A stretch of 47,240 nt of DNA from Octopus sinensis (Eukaryota), in assembly GCF_006345805.1 (NCBI RefSeq), contig NW_021834982.1, forward strand, positions 1 to 47,240, read 5' to 3'. Of this stretch, positions 1 to 11,691 are shown in pieces. The notes beneath the pieces were generated by a model. That model was given only the letters and a program-made list of their open reading frames with translations, was not told the DNA's origin and made no database searches. Position 1 is the stretch's first letter, and every line of letters begins with the position of its first letter. Both the position numbers and the translations under genes were made by a program.

Positions 1-47
<47 letters not shown>

Positions 48-49
48 TC

Positions 50-94
<45 letters not shown>
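1..94. repeat. Compound (CTGT)n/(CTAT)n microsatellite
   Basis: Direct reading of the sequence. Confidence 0.95.
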
Positions 95-95
<1 letters not shown>

Positions 96-336
96 TTATT
101 TATACACATATATATATGCTTATTGAATTTAAAGTTTTGAAAATGTGGTTTCTTGTATATTCGGAATCCCCCTCATCTAAAATAAAGGAGAAAAAAAAAG
201 TTCAAAATTTTTAATTTGGGGTGGGAGATAGATGGAGGAGTGGGGGTAAAATTTAAAAAAACATCTAAACGTAGGAATCCGAAATTTTTTTTTTAAATGC
301 ATTTTTCAAGGACAGGTGCGAAACTGCATTAGCCCC

Positions 337-582
337 GGAAACTGAAAGAAGCCCGTCGTATATATATATGTATATTTTATGTGTGTGTCTTTGTGTCTGT
401 GTTTGTCTCCTCACCATAGGTTGACAACCGATGTTGGTGTGTTTACGTCCCCGTAACTTAGCGGTTCGGCCAAAGACCCCGATAGAATAAGTGCTGGGGT
501 CGATTGCTTCGACTAAAAACCCTTTAAAGTTGTGCTCCAGCATGGCCGCAGTCAGGATTACTGAATCAAGTAAAAGAATATA
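337..582 (+). mobile_element. SINE family A, 3' portion
   Basis: Contains ggaaactgaaagaagcccgtcg ... ttgacaaccgatgttggtgtgtttacgtccccgtaacttagcggttcggc ... gtgctccagcatggccgcagtc, blocks that recur many times in this window. Confidence 0.85.
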
Positions 583-609
583 TTTACATTAAGTCTATGT
601 CTGGTCAGA

Positions 610-652
610 GAGTGACCAATGGTTTCGCATCCGTAAAGCGCTTGTCAGATCC
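610..652 (-). ncRNA. Degenerate type I hammerhead-like motif
   Basis: Minus strand: ggat CTGACAA GCG..TGC GAAA CCA T TGG T C actc. Near-palindromic stem III, but G8A in the core and a weak stem I. Confidence 0.3.
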
Positions 653-744
653 AATGGCCACGGGCATATAACCTCTCTTTAAACTACCGGGTGTGCTTCC
701 TTTTCGGATATATGATCCACTGACAATACACACACACACACACA

Positions 745-1944
745 CACGACAGAAGTAAATAGACACCCCATAAAATATCGTTTTATGCTTATTCTAACTT
801 GTAAAGGTTTATATTTTCTATGAACTGACATTTTTATGTCTCAGGTTCTATATGCGACTGTTTAATCATGCCATGTTCAAAAGAAGTCTTGGAAGTTTCT
901 GAATTTCTAAGTGGCCGTATTGAGGGTCATTCTGAAGGTGGACATAGCCAGCAGAAAATCGCAGAAAACCTTGGTATCACGCTTTCTACATTTAATAGAG
1001 TAATTGTGCAATTCGCCAAGGAGGGGAAGGAGTCTATATCACCTCGCCCAGATCAATGGAGGATGACCCTCGCTGCAAGGCCTCTGACATAACAGAACAA
1101 GTTGATATCAGTCCCAGAACAGCTGTCAGGTACCTCCACAAACCTGGTTACTATGGCAGAGCAGCAAGAAGGAAGCCACTTCTTCGACCAGCCAACATCC
1201 AGCAGAGAAAAGATTGCACTTTTGAGATGGTGGAGAGGCCACTAGCATTTTGGGACACTGTCATATTCTCTGATGAGTCCAGATTTGCTGTATTTCCTGA
1301 CAGTGGTCGAGTGTGGGGTCTGGAGACCCTGTGGTCGAGAATTTGATGTGAAAAGATTGCAGCCAACAATGAAGCACGGCAGCTATTCCGTGATGGTCTG
1401 AGGAACAATTTGAAGCAATGGTTGATCAGAGCTGGTGGAGCGTGAGGGAAACATAAACTCAGATAAATGTCTCCATATTGCAGGAAGGATTCCTTCTAAT
1501 CTTCTCCAATGGTGAAATGATTAAAGAAGACTCTTTATTTATGGAAGATGGGTCTCCTTGTCTCACTGCTAAAATGACCCAAGATTTGTTGGATGAGAAT
1601 GGCATTAAAGAGCTTCCATGACCAAGCCAGTCACCAGATATGAACCCTATTGAAAACCTCTGGGACATAACGGACAGGGCACTTCATAAAAATAACAAGA
1701 AAACATCTTCAAAGCGAGATTTTTTGCGATTACTGCATGAAACTTGGCAAAAAATTCCGTAAGAGAATATTCTTCATCTGATCAGTAACATACCTAATAG
1801 GGTCCTGGCATTGAAAAATGTAAGGGGCGTGTCTACTTAATATTAAATATTCACATTATAATAATTAATAAATAATTTGAACATATAATTTCAGATTTAA
1901 ATAAATTTAAATGATTATAAGGGTGTCTATTTAATTCTGTTGTG
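745..1944 (+). mobile_element. Tc1/mariner (DD34E) DNA transposon, near full length, inactivated
   Basis: 24-bp TIRs cacgacagaagtaaatagacaccc (745-768) and gggtgtctatttaattctgttgtg (1921-1944), 2 mismatches. Transposase remnant 868-~1846 has GRAARRKPLL, VIFSDESRF, FMEDGSPC and SPDMNPIENLW, with frameshifts and stops. Confidence 0.92.
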
Positions 1945-1989
1945 TGTGTGTGTGTGTGTGTGTGCATATATATATATATATGCATGCAA

Positions 1990-2215
1990 ATATATATGTG
2001 TGTGTGTTTGTTTGTCTCCCTCCTCACCACTTGACAACCGGTGCTGGTGCGTTTACGTCCCCGTAACATAGCAGTTCAGCAAAAAATGAATGATAGCATA
2101 AGTACCAGTCTTTTATAGAAGTACCGGTGTCGATTGATTCCACTAAAATTCTATAGGGCAGTCCCCCAGCATGGCCGCAGTCCGAGTGACTGAAACAAAG
2201 TAAAATATAAAAGAA
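1990..2215 (+). mobile_element. SINE family A, 3' portion
   Basis: ttgacaaccggtgctggtgcgtttacgtccccgtaac ... ccccagcatggccgcagtcc. Confidence 0.8.
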
Positions 2216-2563
2216 AGAATCATCTTTATGACTTGTTCTGCAGTATCAAACCATTTTGCCAACTTCTTCATACAAAGACGGCGTGCTGGCAAAATCTTTT
2301 GGGCGTCGAACAAAAATGCTTCTTCCGTCTCTTTAAAGTTCTGAGTTCAAATACCACCGAGACCAACTTTGCTTTTCATGCTTTCGGGGGTGGGAATCAA
2401 TAAAATAAATATCGGCATGCCTCTCCCCCAACCCCAACCGCTAAAACTGTCTGAAATTTGAAATCGTTATATTCTTCATACCAGATATGCCAACACTGCA
2501 CGATACAATGAAGGGCCACTTGCGAAGCAAAGTTTTAGAACCCTTGGTCTAATTATTTGATAA

Positions 2564-2950
2564 GAGTAGCTGTGTGGTAAGGGGCTTGCTTCCCAACCGC
2601 ATGGTCCGAGGTTCAGTCCTACGGCGTGGTACCTTGGGCAATTGTCTTCTACTTTAGCATCGGGCCGACCAAAGGCTTGTGAGTGGATTTGGTAGACGGA
2701 AACTGAAAGAAGCCCGTCGTATATGTGTGTGTGCGTGTATTTGTCAGTCTGTGTTTGTCCTCCCACCATCGCTTGACAACCGATGTTGGTGTGTTTACGA
2801 CCCCCGTAACTTAGCAGTTCGGCAAAAGAAACCGATAGAATAAGTACTAGGCTTACAAAGAATAAGTCCTGGGGTCGATTCGTTCGACTAAAGGCGGTGC
2901 TCCAGCATGGCCGCAGTCAAATGACTGAAACAAATAGAAGAAATGAAAGA
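2564..2950 (+). mobile_element. SINE family A, near full length (tRNA-derived head)
   Basis: Head gagtagctgtgtggtaag...ggttcagtcc has Pol III A/B-box-like motifs, followed by ccttgggcaa core, internal TG microsatellite and the ggcggtgctccagcatggccgcagtcaaatgactgaaac tail. Resembles the octopus tRNA-derived OK/OR SINEs (family name not verified). Confidence 0.88.
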
Positions 2951-3279
2951 ATACTGGCCTTTCTTTTTCTTTTTATTTTGTTAAATTCAAGACGCCCCCC
3001 CCCCCCAAAACCCCTTCTATTTCAATGACGTTATTGTATGAGATCGAAAGGCAATACGGAAGAGCAGAATCAGTCTGCAACGTCAGCGAAGAATTGGCTG
3101 AAAGACCGTTAATAAATCTTCTGTTTAACATTGGTTCCAAAAAGTTTCCTAATGGAGTCGAGAGCCTTCAAGATGGGGGAAAAGTTGGTGTCGTTCTTCT
3201 AGGCGAATGCCTTCTACTGCATATAATCCTTTCTACTTAAGGCATAAGACCTGAAATTTTTTTTGGAGGGAGGATGCCA

Positions 3280-3972
3280 GTCGATTAGCTCGATCCCAGT
3301 ACGCAACTATTACTTAATTTATCGACCCCGAAAGGATGAAAGACAAAGTCGACCTCGGCGGAATTTGAACTCAGAACGTAGCGGTAGAGGAAATACCTAT
3401 TTCTTTACTACCCACAAGGGGCTAAACACAGAGAGGACAAACAAGGACAGACAAACGGATTAAGTCGATTACATCGACTCCAGTGCGTAACTGGTACTTA
3501 TTTAATCGACCCCGAAAGGATGAAAAGCAAAGTCGACCTCGGCGGAATTTGAACTCAGAACGTAGCGGCACACGAAATACCTATTTCTTTACTACCCACA
3601 AGGGGCTAAACACAGAGGGGACAAACAAGGACAGACAAACGAGTTAAGTCGATTACATCGACCCCAGTGCGTAACTGGTACTTATTTAATCGACCCCGAA
3701 AGGATGAAAGGCAAAGTCGACCTCGGCGGAATTTGAACTCAGAACGTAACGGAAGACGAAATACCTATTTCTTTACTACCCACAAGGGCCTAAACACAGA
3801 GGGGACAAACAAGGACAGGCAAACGAGTTAAGTCGATTACATCGACCCCAGTGCGTAACTGGTACTTTATTTAATCGACCCCGAAAGGATGAAAGGCAAA
3901 GTCGACCTCGGCGGAATTCGGCAGACTAAATACCGCTAAGCATTTCGCCCTGTATGCTGACCATTCTGCCAG
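3280..3972 (-). mobile_element. Head-to-tail tandem array of SINE family B, 184-bp period
   Basis: The gtcgatt anchor recurs at 3280, 3464, 3648 and 3832. Only the rightmost unit keeps a tRNA-like head (ctggcagaatggtcagcat... on the minus strand). Confidence 0.92.
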
Positions 3973-4123
3973 CCCCCCTCCCCCACTGCACCGCCTTTTC
4001 TACTGCGTATAATCATTCATAGGATCCCCAGTACCTTGTGAGTGAATTCCGTAAAATGAAACTGCGATCGATTAACTCGACTAAAGCTTTCTTTAATGCA
4101 GTGCTCCAGTATGGCTGCAATCC

Positions 4124-4124
<1 letters not shown>

Positions 4125-4157
<33 letters not shown>

Positions 4158-4351
4158 TGAGCAGCAGTAGTAGTAGTTGTATGAGCAGTAGTAGTAGTAT
4201 GAGCAGCAGCAGCAGCAGTAGTAGTTGTAGTAGTAGTAGTACTAGTAGTAGTAGTACTTAGTAGTAGTAGTAAGTAGTATGAGCAGCAGTAGTAGTAGTT
4301 GTATGAGCAGTAGTAGTAGTATGAGCAGCAGCAGCAGCAGCAGTAGTAGTT

Positions 4352-4393
<42 letters not shown>

Positions 4394-4492
4394 TGAGCAG
4401 CAGTAGTAGTAGTTGTATGAGCAGTAGTAGTAGTATGAGCAGCAGCAGCAGCAGTAGTAGTTGTAGTAGTAGTAGTAGTACTAGTAGTAGTA
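4125..4492. repeat. (AGT)n/(AGC)n compound microsatellite with ~115-125 bp higher-order unit (3 copies)
   Basis: atgagcagcagtagtagtagttgtatgagcagtagtagtagtatgagcagcagc restarts at ~4157, 4279 and 4393. Confidence 0.9.
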
Positions 4493-4847
4493 TGGGGGCA
4501 TGCTCCGTAACAGTGTGTCGCTACATCCACAATTTGTTGGTGATTCCTTAACACTGTTGGTGGACGACACCTCTGCACCACTCACGTGACGACCCTCCAA
4601 CCCATGGGTTCGTTTGGGTGGTCGTTGCAGGTGAGGGTTTTACGGGGCTGGAGTGCTAAGTTAGCCTCAGCCCCTTTTAGACGCCTTTTATGATGACACG
4701 CAGCGGAAATGTTGGGTCCCTTCTTTTGGTAAGCTGGAAACCCACAATGTGTGTGCAGTCCAATCCCTGAAACAAAACGAGTAAAAGTGTGTGTATGTAT
4801 GTATGTATGTATGTATGTATGTATGTATGTATGTATGTATGTATGTA

Positions 4848-4885
<38 letters not shown>

Positions 4886-4991
4886 CGGCTGTTCACGCGC
4901 TACAGCATGTGTAAGTACTTGCATTTATGTATATGAACGCCAAGTTATGCTATGCTATGGGCCCTTGATTCCTAAAGAGTGTGTGTGTTTG

Positions 4992-5030
<39 letters not shown>

Positions 5031-5059
5031 ATGTACGTATGTATATACTTTTTTCTAAC

Positions 5060-7040
5060 AACTTGCAGATGCACGCGTTACTAGTTGAAAGTTCCGCACA
5101 GCAGATGCTAGCAAGTTTATGGGGTCATCACGAGAGAATGAGCACCACTTCGGGGCCTTCTTCTCGACGCCTTTATTGTGCATCCCTCCTCACTGTGTTG
5201 GGGCCTGTTTTCTAAATGAACTGGTTACTCAGTTTCGCTCAATATTCTTTTAGCCATTTCTCATCGCCTCTTTTTAACCAAATCCAGTGTTTTGCCTTCT
5301 CCACTAAAGTCCGAATATGATTGTATTTGCTTTACGATGAGTTTGGCCGAGGACAACCACAATTACCTCACACTGTGTCCATTGAACTTCGATTGGATAA
5401 TGCTCTGCTTTCCAGCCTGCGTCTTTACATTCCTCGAGGAGGTTTTTTATAACGGTCGATCTTTCGAGTCCGCGCGGCGTCCATTTTATCTTCATGAGGA
5501 ATCGTTAACTCGACTCGATTTACTACTTTTTTTCACGCCATATAATAATGTCTGGTTTCTTCGTAAATAGAATGAGGAAGAATCCTTGGCACCCCGGTAA
5601 ATCTGCAGTCATCCCCCAATAGCCGTTCCACTTTTCATCGGTCTCAGGAAGTTTCTTTTTCTTCTTCAAACGGATCTGCTGTCTTGAACGCACGAAGGTA
5701 ATGAAATCTCTGATTGGTTCCTTCCATGATTTTTTCGTTTTTTTTTTTTTGCCACTGTTGATGAGAGCAATTTTTTTTTTATAGCTTTGAAGAAGTCCTT
5801 AAGGACCGGACTGTGAACAGTCGGAAACAATATGCTTCAGTGTTCCAGCTTCCCCATATCTGCATTTATCGTTCTCTGACATGTTCCACCTTATTAAGTT
5901 TGTAGGCGACTGCAACGCTTCGTAGGATGTACGAGCCAGAACACTCAAATTAGAAGTACTTCACTTCCATATTTCATTCCAGCTTATTTTCCTCCCAATA
6001 ACGTCTTCCACCCATCTTGTCACCTGTCCTTGCTGAGAGTATTGAATCAAATGGAGCTCTCTTCTCTGTTTTCCTTCATTTGACGCTGTCGCTAACAACA
6101 AATCTGCGTTCGTTCCACGTCATGCTCCCAAACGGACTGAACCGATCTGAGCAAGATCCAAGTCCTCTCCGATCAATTTGCGTGGCATCCACCATATTTT
6201 CTCACAACATCGCAGTGTGTAAGTGAAGACAAGATGTTATCAGTCTCTACTTCTGTTCCCCATTTCCTGGCCGTTTTCACACCTGCTGGATAACACCTGA
6301 TTTCTATATCTTTCGACTCTCTCAGCATCATCACCGTTCGTACCTTCCCTAAATTATAAAATTCGACGATTGACGGCTGTGGTAACTGCAATGAGCCCCT
6401 TTTATGATAAAGAGCTGAGCTGTTCAATATCCAAAGTTGGCCTAATCGCTCTCTAATGAACACATTGCATTTTGCTCACTGATTTGATCTCGTCACAGTA
6501 TCACCCCGAATATTAAGTGGCCACGAAAAGGCGAGGATATAAGCCGAACTGTAAGCACTATATTTTATACTTCCCTGGCAGCTTCGAACCGTCAAATGCT
6601 GTTCATCCTCGGCTTGTTTCATAATCTACATCCTGTGACTTCTATCTGACAATGTTCCAGCGTATATACACTGCAAGCCCTTAACAGCTTCTTCCTTCAC
6701 TGTTGGATCGCTTTCTCCTGCTATTTTGAATTTTACGTCTTTCTGCCCTCCCTAATAAATGTCAGACTACGCGACTCTTTCGCTCTGAATCGAACCCTTG
6801 ACTACTATACCAGTTTTTCTAGCCTTTAGAGGGCACTCAGCATGATCTGCTGTCTATCGATAGAAGCGCCAGGTCATCCACGAAGGCCCTTTCAGGTGAT
6901 TATATACGGACCATTTGTTCTGAAAAGTTTGTCGCTTTCAAAATCATTTCCGTGAACAAGGATAAGTCAACCGCGTGAGCCATTGTTCTGCCAGCAGCAA
7001 TGCCAATCTCCAGGCGGTGCCAATCTGTTGTAACGTTACT
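5060..7040 (-). mobile_element. HERO-like non-LTR retrotransposon (RT + CCHC + restriction-like endonuclease), 5'-truncated and degraded
   Basis: Minus-strand translation in order: WHRLEIGIAAG, RAFVDDL (RT), LPGKYK..LQFGLYPRLSWPL, GSLQLP..KVRTVMMLRES..VKTARKW, QGQVTRW..RKISWNEIWK, KC..GTLKHIVSDC (Zn knuckle), KKPDIIIW..ELTIPHED..RK..RY..L.EECKDAGWKAEHYPIEV, WIWLKR. This motif series is typical of HERO-clade RLE elements. Confidence 0.85.
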
Positions 7041-7041
7041 G

Positions 7042-7078
<37 letters not shown>

Positions 7079-7204
7079 GAACTGCAAGAATTTTTCGCAG
7101 GTTTCTAGACGCATGACCAGGAAAAAGTGTCACCTTAGTCTGCTGGCTGAGGACGGCTGACACTTTCTATAATACCCAGAAAAATAAGCTGTGAGTTTTC
7201 ATAT

Positions 7205-7249
<45 letters not shown>

Positions 7250-7261
7250 AATAATAATAAT

Positions 7262-7672
7262 AATAATCGTTTAACGTCCGTTTTCCATGCTAGCATGGGT
7301 TGGACGATTTGACTGAGGACTGGCGAACCAGATGGCTGCACCAGGCTCCAATCTGATCTGGCAGAGTTTCTACAGCTGGATGCCCTTCCTAACGCCAACC
7401 ACTTCGAGAGTGTAGTGGGTGCTTTTACGTGCCACCAGCACGAGGGCCAGTCATGGGGTACTGGCAACAGCCACGCTCAAATCGTATTTTTTACATGCCA
7501 CCTGCACAGGAGCCAGTCAGCGGCACTGGCAATGACCTTGCTTGAATGTTTTTTTCACATACCACCGGCACAAGTGCCAGTAAGGCGATGCTGGTAACGA
7601 TCGCGCTCGAATGGTGCTTTATACGTGCCATCGGCATGGAAGCCAGTTAGCTGCTCTGGCAACGATCACGCC
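7262..7672 (-). mobile_element. SINE or non-autonomous retroelement with RTE-like 3' tail ending in (ATT)n(GTT)n
   Basis: Plus strand tttaacgtccgttttccatgctagcatgggttggacg...ctggatgcccttcctaacgccaacc. The minus-strand end ggaaaacggacgttaaacgattattatt is a simple-repeat tail (7205-7267). Confidence 0.65.
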
Positions 7673-7769
7673 GGTCATATGTTTGTTTATCTACTCTTAG
7701 GGAACCTGTTATAGTTACAAGAACTAATCAGTTACTTACTTTGCCTGTGGATGTGACGAGAGACTAATA

Positions 7770-8520
7770 ATGAAACAATATATTCATCAGAAGTCTTCAG
7801 AGACTGTGAAGCTGTTGGAAGTTGATGGTCCATAGATATAAGTGTTTGGAAAATGATAATAATGTCCAGAGGGGAATATTTGAACCGCGGGAACCTTAGG
7901 AATGAGCCGGTGCCTCCGCTGTGCCGCATCTGTAATAGAGTGGATGAAACCGTTGCTCATATCATGAACGAATGGCCAAGACTTGCCCACGATCAGGTAG
8001 CGGAGGTGCTACACTGGAAACTGCAAAAAGGGAGGGCTATACAGATGCATGATGTGGTCTGAGCACAAACCGCAGAGTTTGGATTTCCCAATCCAAATAG
8101 ATCAGGTGCTAAAGCATAACAGACCGGACCTGGTAGTGGTGGACAGGGTGCACCACATGTGCTATCTAGATGATGCTGTATGTCCCTTTGACTCACGAAA
8201 AAAATCGATAAGTATGAAATATCCCGGCTATGGAAAATGAAGAAAGTGAAGATAGTGCCAATTATTGTTGGGTCCTTGGAGAGTATGAGAAGGCAACAAG
8301 GCGAATATAAAGGAAATTGGAAAAGAGTGCCCAGAAGAACTGTTACAAAAGGTTTGCCTCTTTGGCACGGCCAGAATAATCAGGAAAGTATTGGATAGCT
8401 GAGAAGAATGGATAGCATGGTACCATAGGCTGCAGGTAGTAAACCCGCTACGCATGCAAGACTCCAGGAGCTCCAACAAGACCTGTGATAAGAGAAAATA
8501 ATAAAAATAACAATAATTCT
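7770..8520 (+). mobile_element. R4/Dong-like RLE non-LTR retrotransposon 3' end
   Basis: LCRICNRVDETVAHI (Zn knuckle), HDQVAEVLHWKL, KHNRPDLVVVD (PD nuclease motif), VPIIVGSL, EELLQKVCLFGTARIIRKVL, then an AAT-rich tail. Confidence 0.85.
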
Positions 8521-8619
8521 AGGATGGCATTTATAAATATTTAATATATCGCAACGCCACATGCGTGTGTGTGTGTGTGTGTGTGTATGCGTGTGTGTGT
8601 GTGTGTGTGTATGCGTGTG

Positions 8620-8806
8620 TGTGTCACCCCAACATCGCTTGAAAACCAATGCTGGTATGTTTACGTCCCCGTAATTTAGCGGTTCGGCAAAAGAGACCGA
8701 TAGAATAAGTACCAGACTTACAAAGAATAAGTGCTGGGGTCGATTTGTTCGACTAAAGGCAGTGTTCTAGCATGGCCGCAGTCAAATGACTGAAACAAAT
8801 AAAAGA
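8620..8806 (+). mobile_element. SINE family A, 3' half
   Basis: gcttgaaaaccaatgctggtatgtttacgtccccg...gcatggccgcagtcaaatgactgaaac. Confidence 0.85.
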
Positions 8807-8865
8807 ATATATATAGATATATATATAATATATATATATTATATATATATATATATTTGTGTGTA

Positions 8866-8899
<34 letters not shown>

Positions 8900-9769
8900 G
8901 TACACGCACACAACACACATATGTATATATATAGAACTGGAAACAAAGAAGCAGTCAAGAGTAGAGTTTAATAATATAATAGGGACAAGCATTTTTCACA
9001 GCACACAAACAGCAGAGACGCATAAAACACATGATACGGTTAGAATCTTCTTTTCCTTTGATCTAATTTGATATCAAAAACTTTGAGAGAGGGGGGAGAG
9101 AGGGAGGAGAGAGAGGGAGAGAGAGAAGTAGAAAGAGAGAGAGTGAGAGAGAGAGAATGGGAGAGTTTTTGAGAACTGGTTTTTCAAAGTTCTGATTGTT
9201 TTGTCTTTCTTTAAAAACACACTGACAACTAGCTTGCGTGGACCGGTGCTAACCGGATCGAAGCGATTTTAGCTCACCAGTCTACACACACACAAAGTTA
9301 TACGTACGTATGTGTCTTTTTGTGCACGTGTGTATGGATATACACTTATATATAGATAGATAGATATTTATGTAGGTGTATGGAAGCGGTAAACAACCAG
9401 CTTGTGCGAACCTGTGCTAACTGGATCGGAATGGTTTTAGCTCCCCATTGTACACACAAACGCACACACACATACACACACACACACACACACACAGTTG
9501 TACGTGTGTGTTATGTCATTTTACGCCCGTGTGTTTTGATATTCTATGTAGGTATGTGTATCCGCTGCACGTTTATGTTCGAACACATTGAACGAAATAA
9601 CGAAAGAAGGGAACAATCTTTGTAATATTTCTAAACAGTACTTTTTTTTCTTTTATTTTTCTGAACAATTTCTCCCAAGAAATTCCAGGTAATTCATCAA
9701 GTCCTGGACACGATTTGATATCAACAACTATCTACTTAACTGGAATGTGGGGTGGTCCCTATCCTTTCT

Positions 9770-9968
9770 ACTATTGGCACAGGGCCTGGAATTTCGGGGT
9801 GAGGGGCCTAGGCGAGTGCATCGACCCCAGTGCTCGACTGGTACTTATTTTATCGATTTCGAAAGGATGAAAGGCAAAATCGACCCCGGCAGAATTTGAA
9901 CTCACAACATAAAGACGGACGAAATACTGCTAAGCATTTTACCCGACGTGCTAAAGATTGTGCCAGCG
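9770..9968 (-). mobile_element. SINE family B
   Basis: cgaccccagtgctcgactggtacttattttatcga..gaaaggatgaaaggcaaa..gaatttgaactc..ctaagcattt, same as the 3280-3972 units. Confidence 0.85.
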
Positions 9969-9989
9969 GACCCATAACGGCTGAAGTTT

Positions 9990-10690
9990 CCACAACAGAT
10001 ATCGATCTCGCGTCACATCCCAACATTCGGACAAAACTTCTTCACCATAACTGGCTCTGCTCTCTTCAACACCATACCAAGACACACCAGAGAAGAGAAA
10101 GATGCCATATTTCACTAAAGCATTGAAGAAGTTGTTGGATGGTTGTTATACGATGATGCTTCGAATGGCACTCAATGTCTCCTGGAAAAGTCATATAACA
10201 AACGCCGACCTATACCAGGAACTACCAAAAGTAATATTGAAGACACAGCATTGAAGGATGAGGCTAGATGGACACTGCATCAGACACAACGATGAAATTG
10301 CTAACAAGCGAGTGCTATGGCAACCAACGGAAGGAGGAAGACGACCGGTATTGGACAACTTGCTGGAGGATACTGGAATGGAATGGGTACAGGAGGTGAG
10401 GACCATTATGGGAGATCGAGATGAAGGGGGGAAAATGTGTGGAAACTGTCTTGGGGCGTCCTGTAGGACGACCAAGATAGATAGAATATTTAAATGGTTC
10501 CTGGACAAATCTCTCCACTAAATCCCGGATAAACCATCTGCACCCAGCTATATCTCTGCAAACAATGACACTTTTCTCCGAAGGGCTACAATGCCCAGAC
10601 AATGACTATAGTATGAAACTTTATTAAAAGTCTTTTACAGGTGGTGCTATTAACTTAGGCATGGCCTTGGTCAATGCTGGCTGAGATCTA
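9990..10690 (+). mobile_element. CR1-type LINE 3' end interrupted by an RTE-type LINE fragment (~10125-10470)
   Basis: CR1 parts: QNFFTITGSALFNTIP (10020-10085) and FKWFLDKSL..IPDKPS plus aggtggtgctattaacttaggcatggcc tail (10490-10690). RTE part: LLDGCY.MMLRMALNVSWKSHITNADLY..RMRLDGHCIRH..VLWQP. Confidence 0.8.
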
Positions 10691-10726
10691 TCTAAAAATC
10701 TTAAGTGTGTGTATGTGTGTGCGCGT

Positions 10727-10792
<66 letters not shown>

Positions 10793-10795
<3 letters not shown>

Positions 10796-10985
10796 TTGGC
10801 TTAGTGGTCAGCGTTGGACCCATGATGGTAAGATTGTGGGTTGTATTCCTGGACAGGGTGACGCGTTGTGCTCTGCTCCAGTCCACTTAACCGGTAAAGA
10901 TGAATAATCCTGCAACGACCAGCGTCCTGTACAGAGGGAATAAAACCCCACGAAAGCCGGCAAATCGGCCCTAAGGATCTCCTTT
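10793..10985 (+). mobile_element. SINE family C, degenerate
   Basis: tggcttagtggtcagcg...gggttgtattcctggac...ttgctccagtccac-like blocks shared with 11692-12015. Confidence 0.65.
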
Positions 10986-11691
10986 TCTCTTTTCTTGCCT
11001 CTGATTCTTTGGTCTACTCTTCCCCCACTCTCTCACATTTCTCTGTCTTTCTTACTTTGCACTCACAAGTCAATCCTTGACACGCACTCTTTCTTCTCCC
11101 CTCTTTAATTCCTTCTTTTTCTCTCTTCTCCCCCCTTTGTTGCCTTCGTCCCTCTTTTTCTCTCTCTCTTTGTTTCCTTTGCCCCCTTTCTTTTCTCTCT
11201 CTTCCGTCACGTGACTGCTGGTCAAATCAGCCTTTTGGCCTCCGACCACTGCCGTGAGAACATCGTTGTCTTCGTCTGCCGAAAAGGCATTTTTTCCAAA
11301 TACGCCAGCTAAACTTGTTGTACTGTTTATTAGTCGTAAGACACCCGTTGTTTTCGACCTGTTTTTACCATTATTGTTTTTTTGTATTACACTATTGTGT
11401 TTTGTATTTTATATTCGTGTGGCATCGTCCGTTTTTCTGTCCCTGTTTCGTATACATTCGATCCTTCTTCCAAGAAATCTAATACTCGTAGTTTAGTTTT
11501 TCCTTGGGGCTGGCCGGATCGGAGCGATCTCAAGATTAATCAGCCGAAATTGCTACGATGATCCGGTTCTTGACTGAAGATTGAAGGCTTCGAATGTCCC
11601 GTCCGTGTTTTTTGTATCGTCTTCTAAATGTTTTACGTTCTTGTCCCAGTTTGTATTTTTCTACATATAATATAATATATATATATATGGG

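Noticed and set aside
3280-3972. CRISPR-like regular repeat
   Set aside because: The whole 184-bp unit is repeated with no unique spacers, it is SINE sequence, and the context is eukaryotic with no cas genes.
11200-11660. T-rich repeat-like block with CTGAAGA...TTCGAAT
   Set aside because: It looks like a PLE terminal repeat, but the core has GAAU and no stem I or III, and there is no second copy in the window to confirm it.
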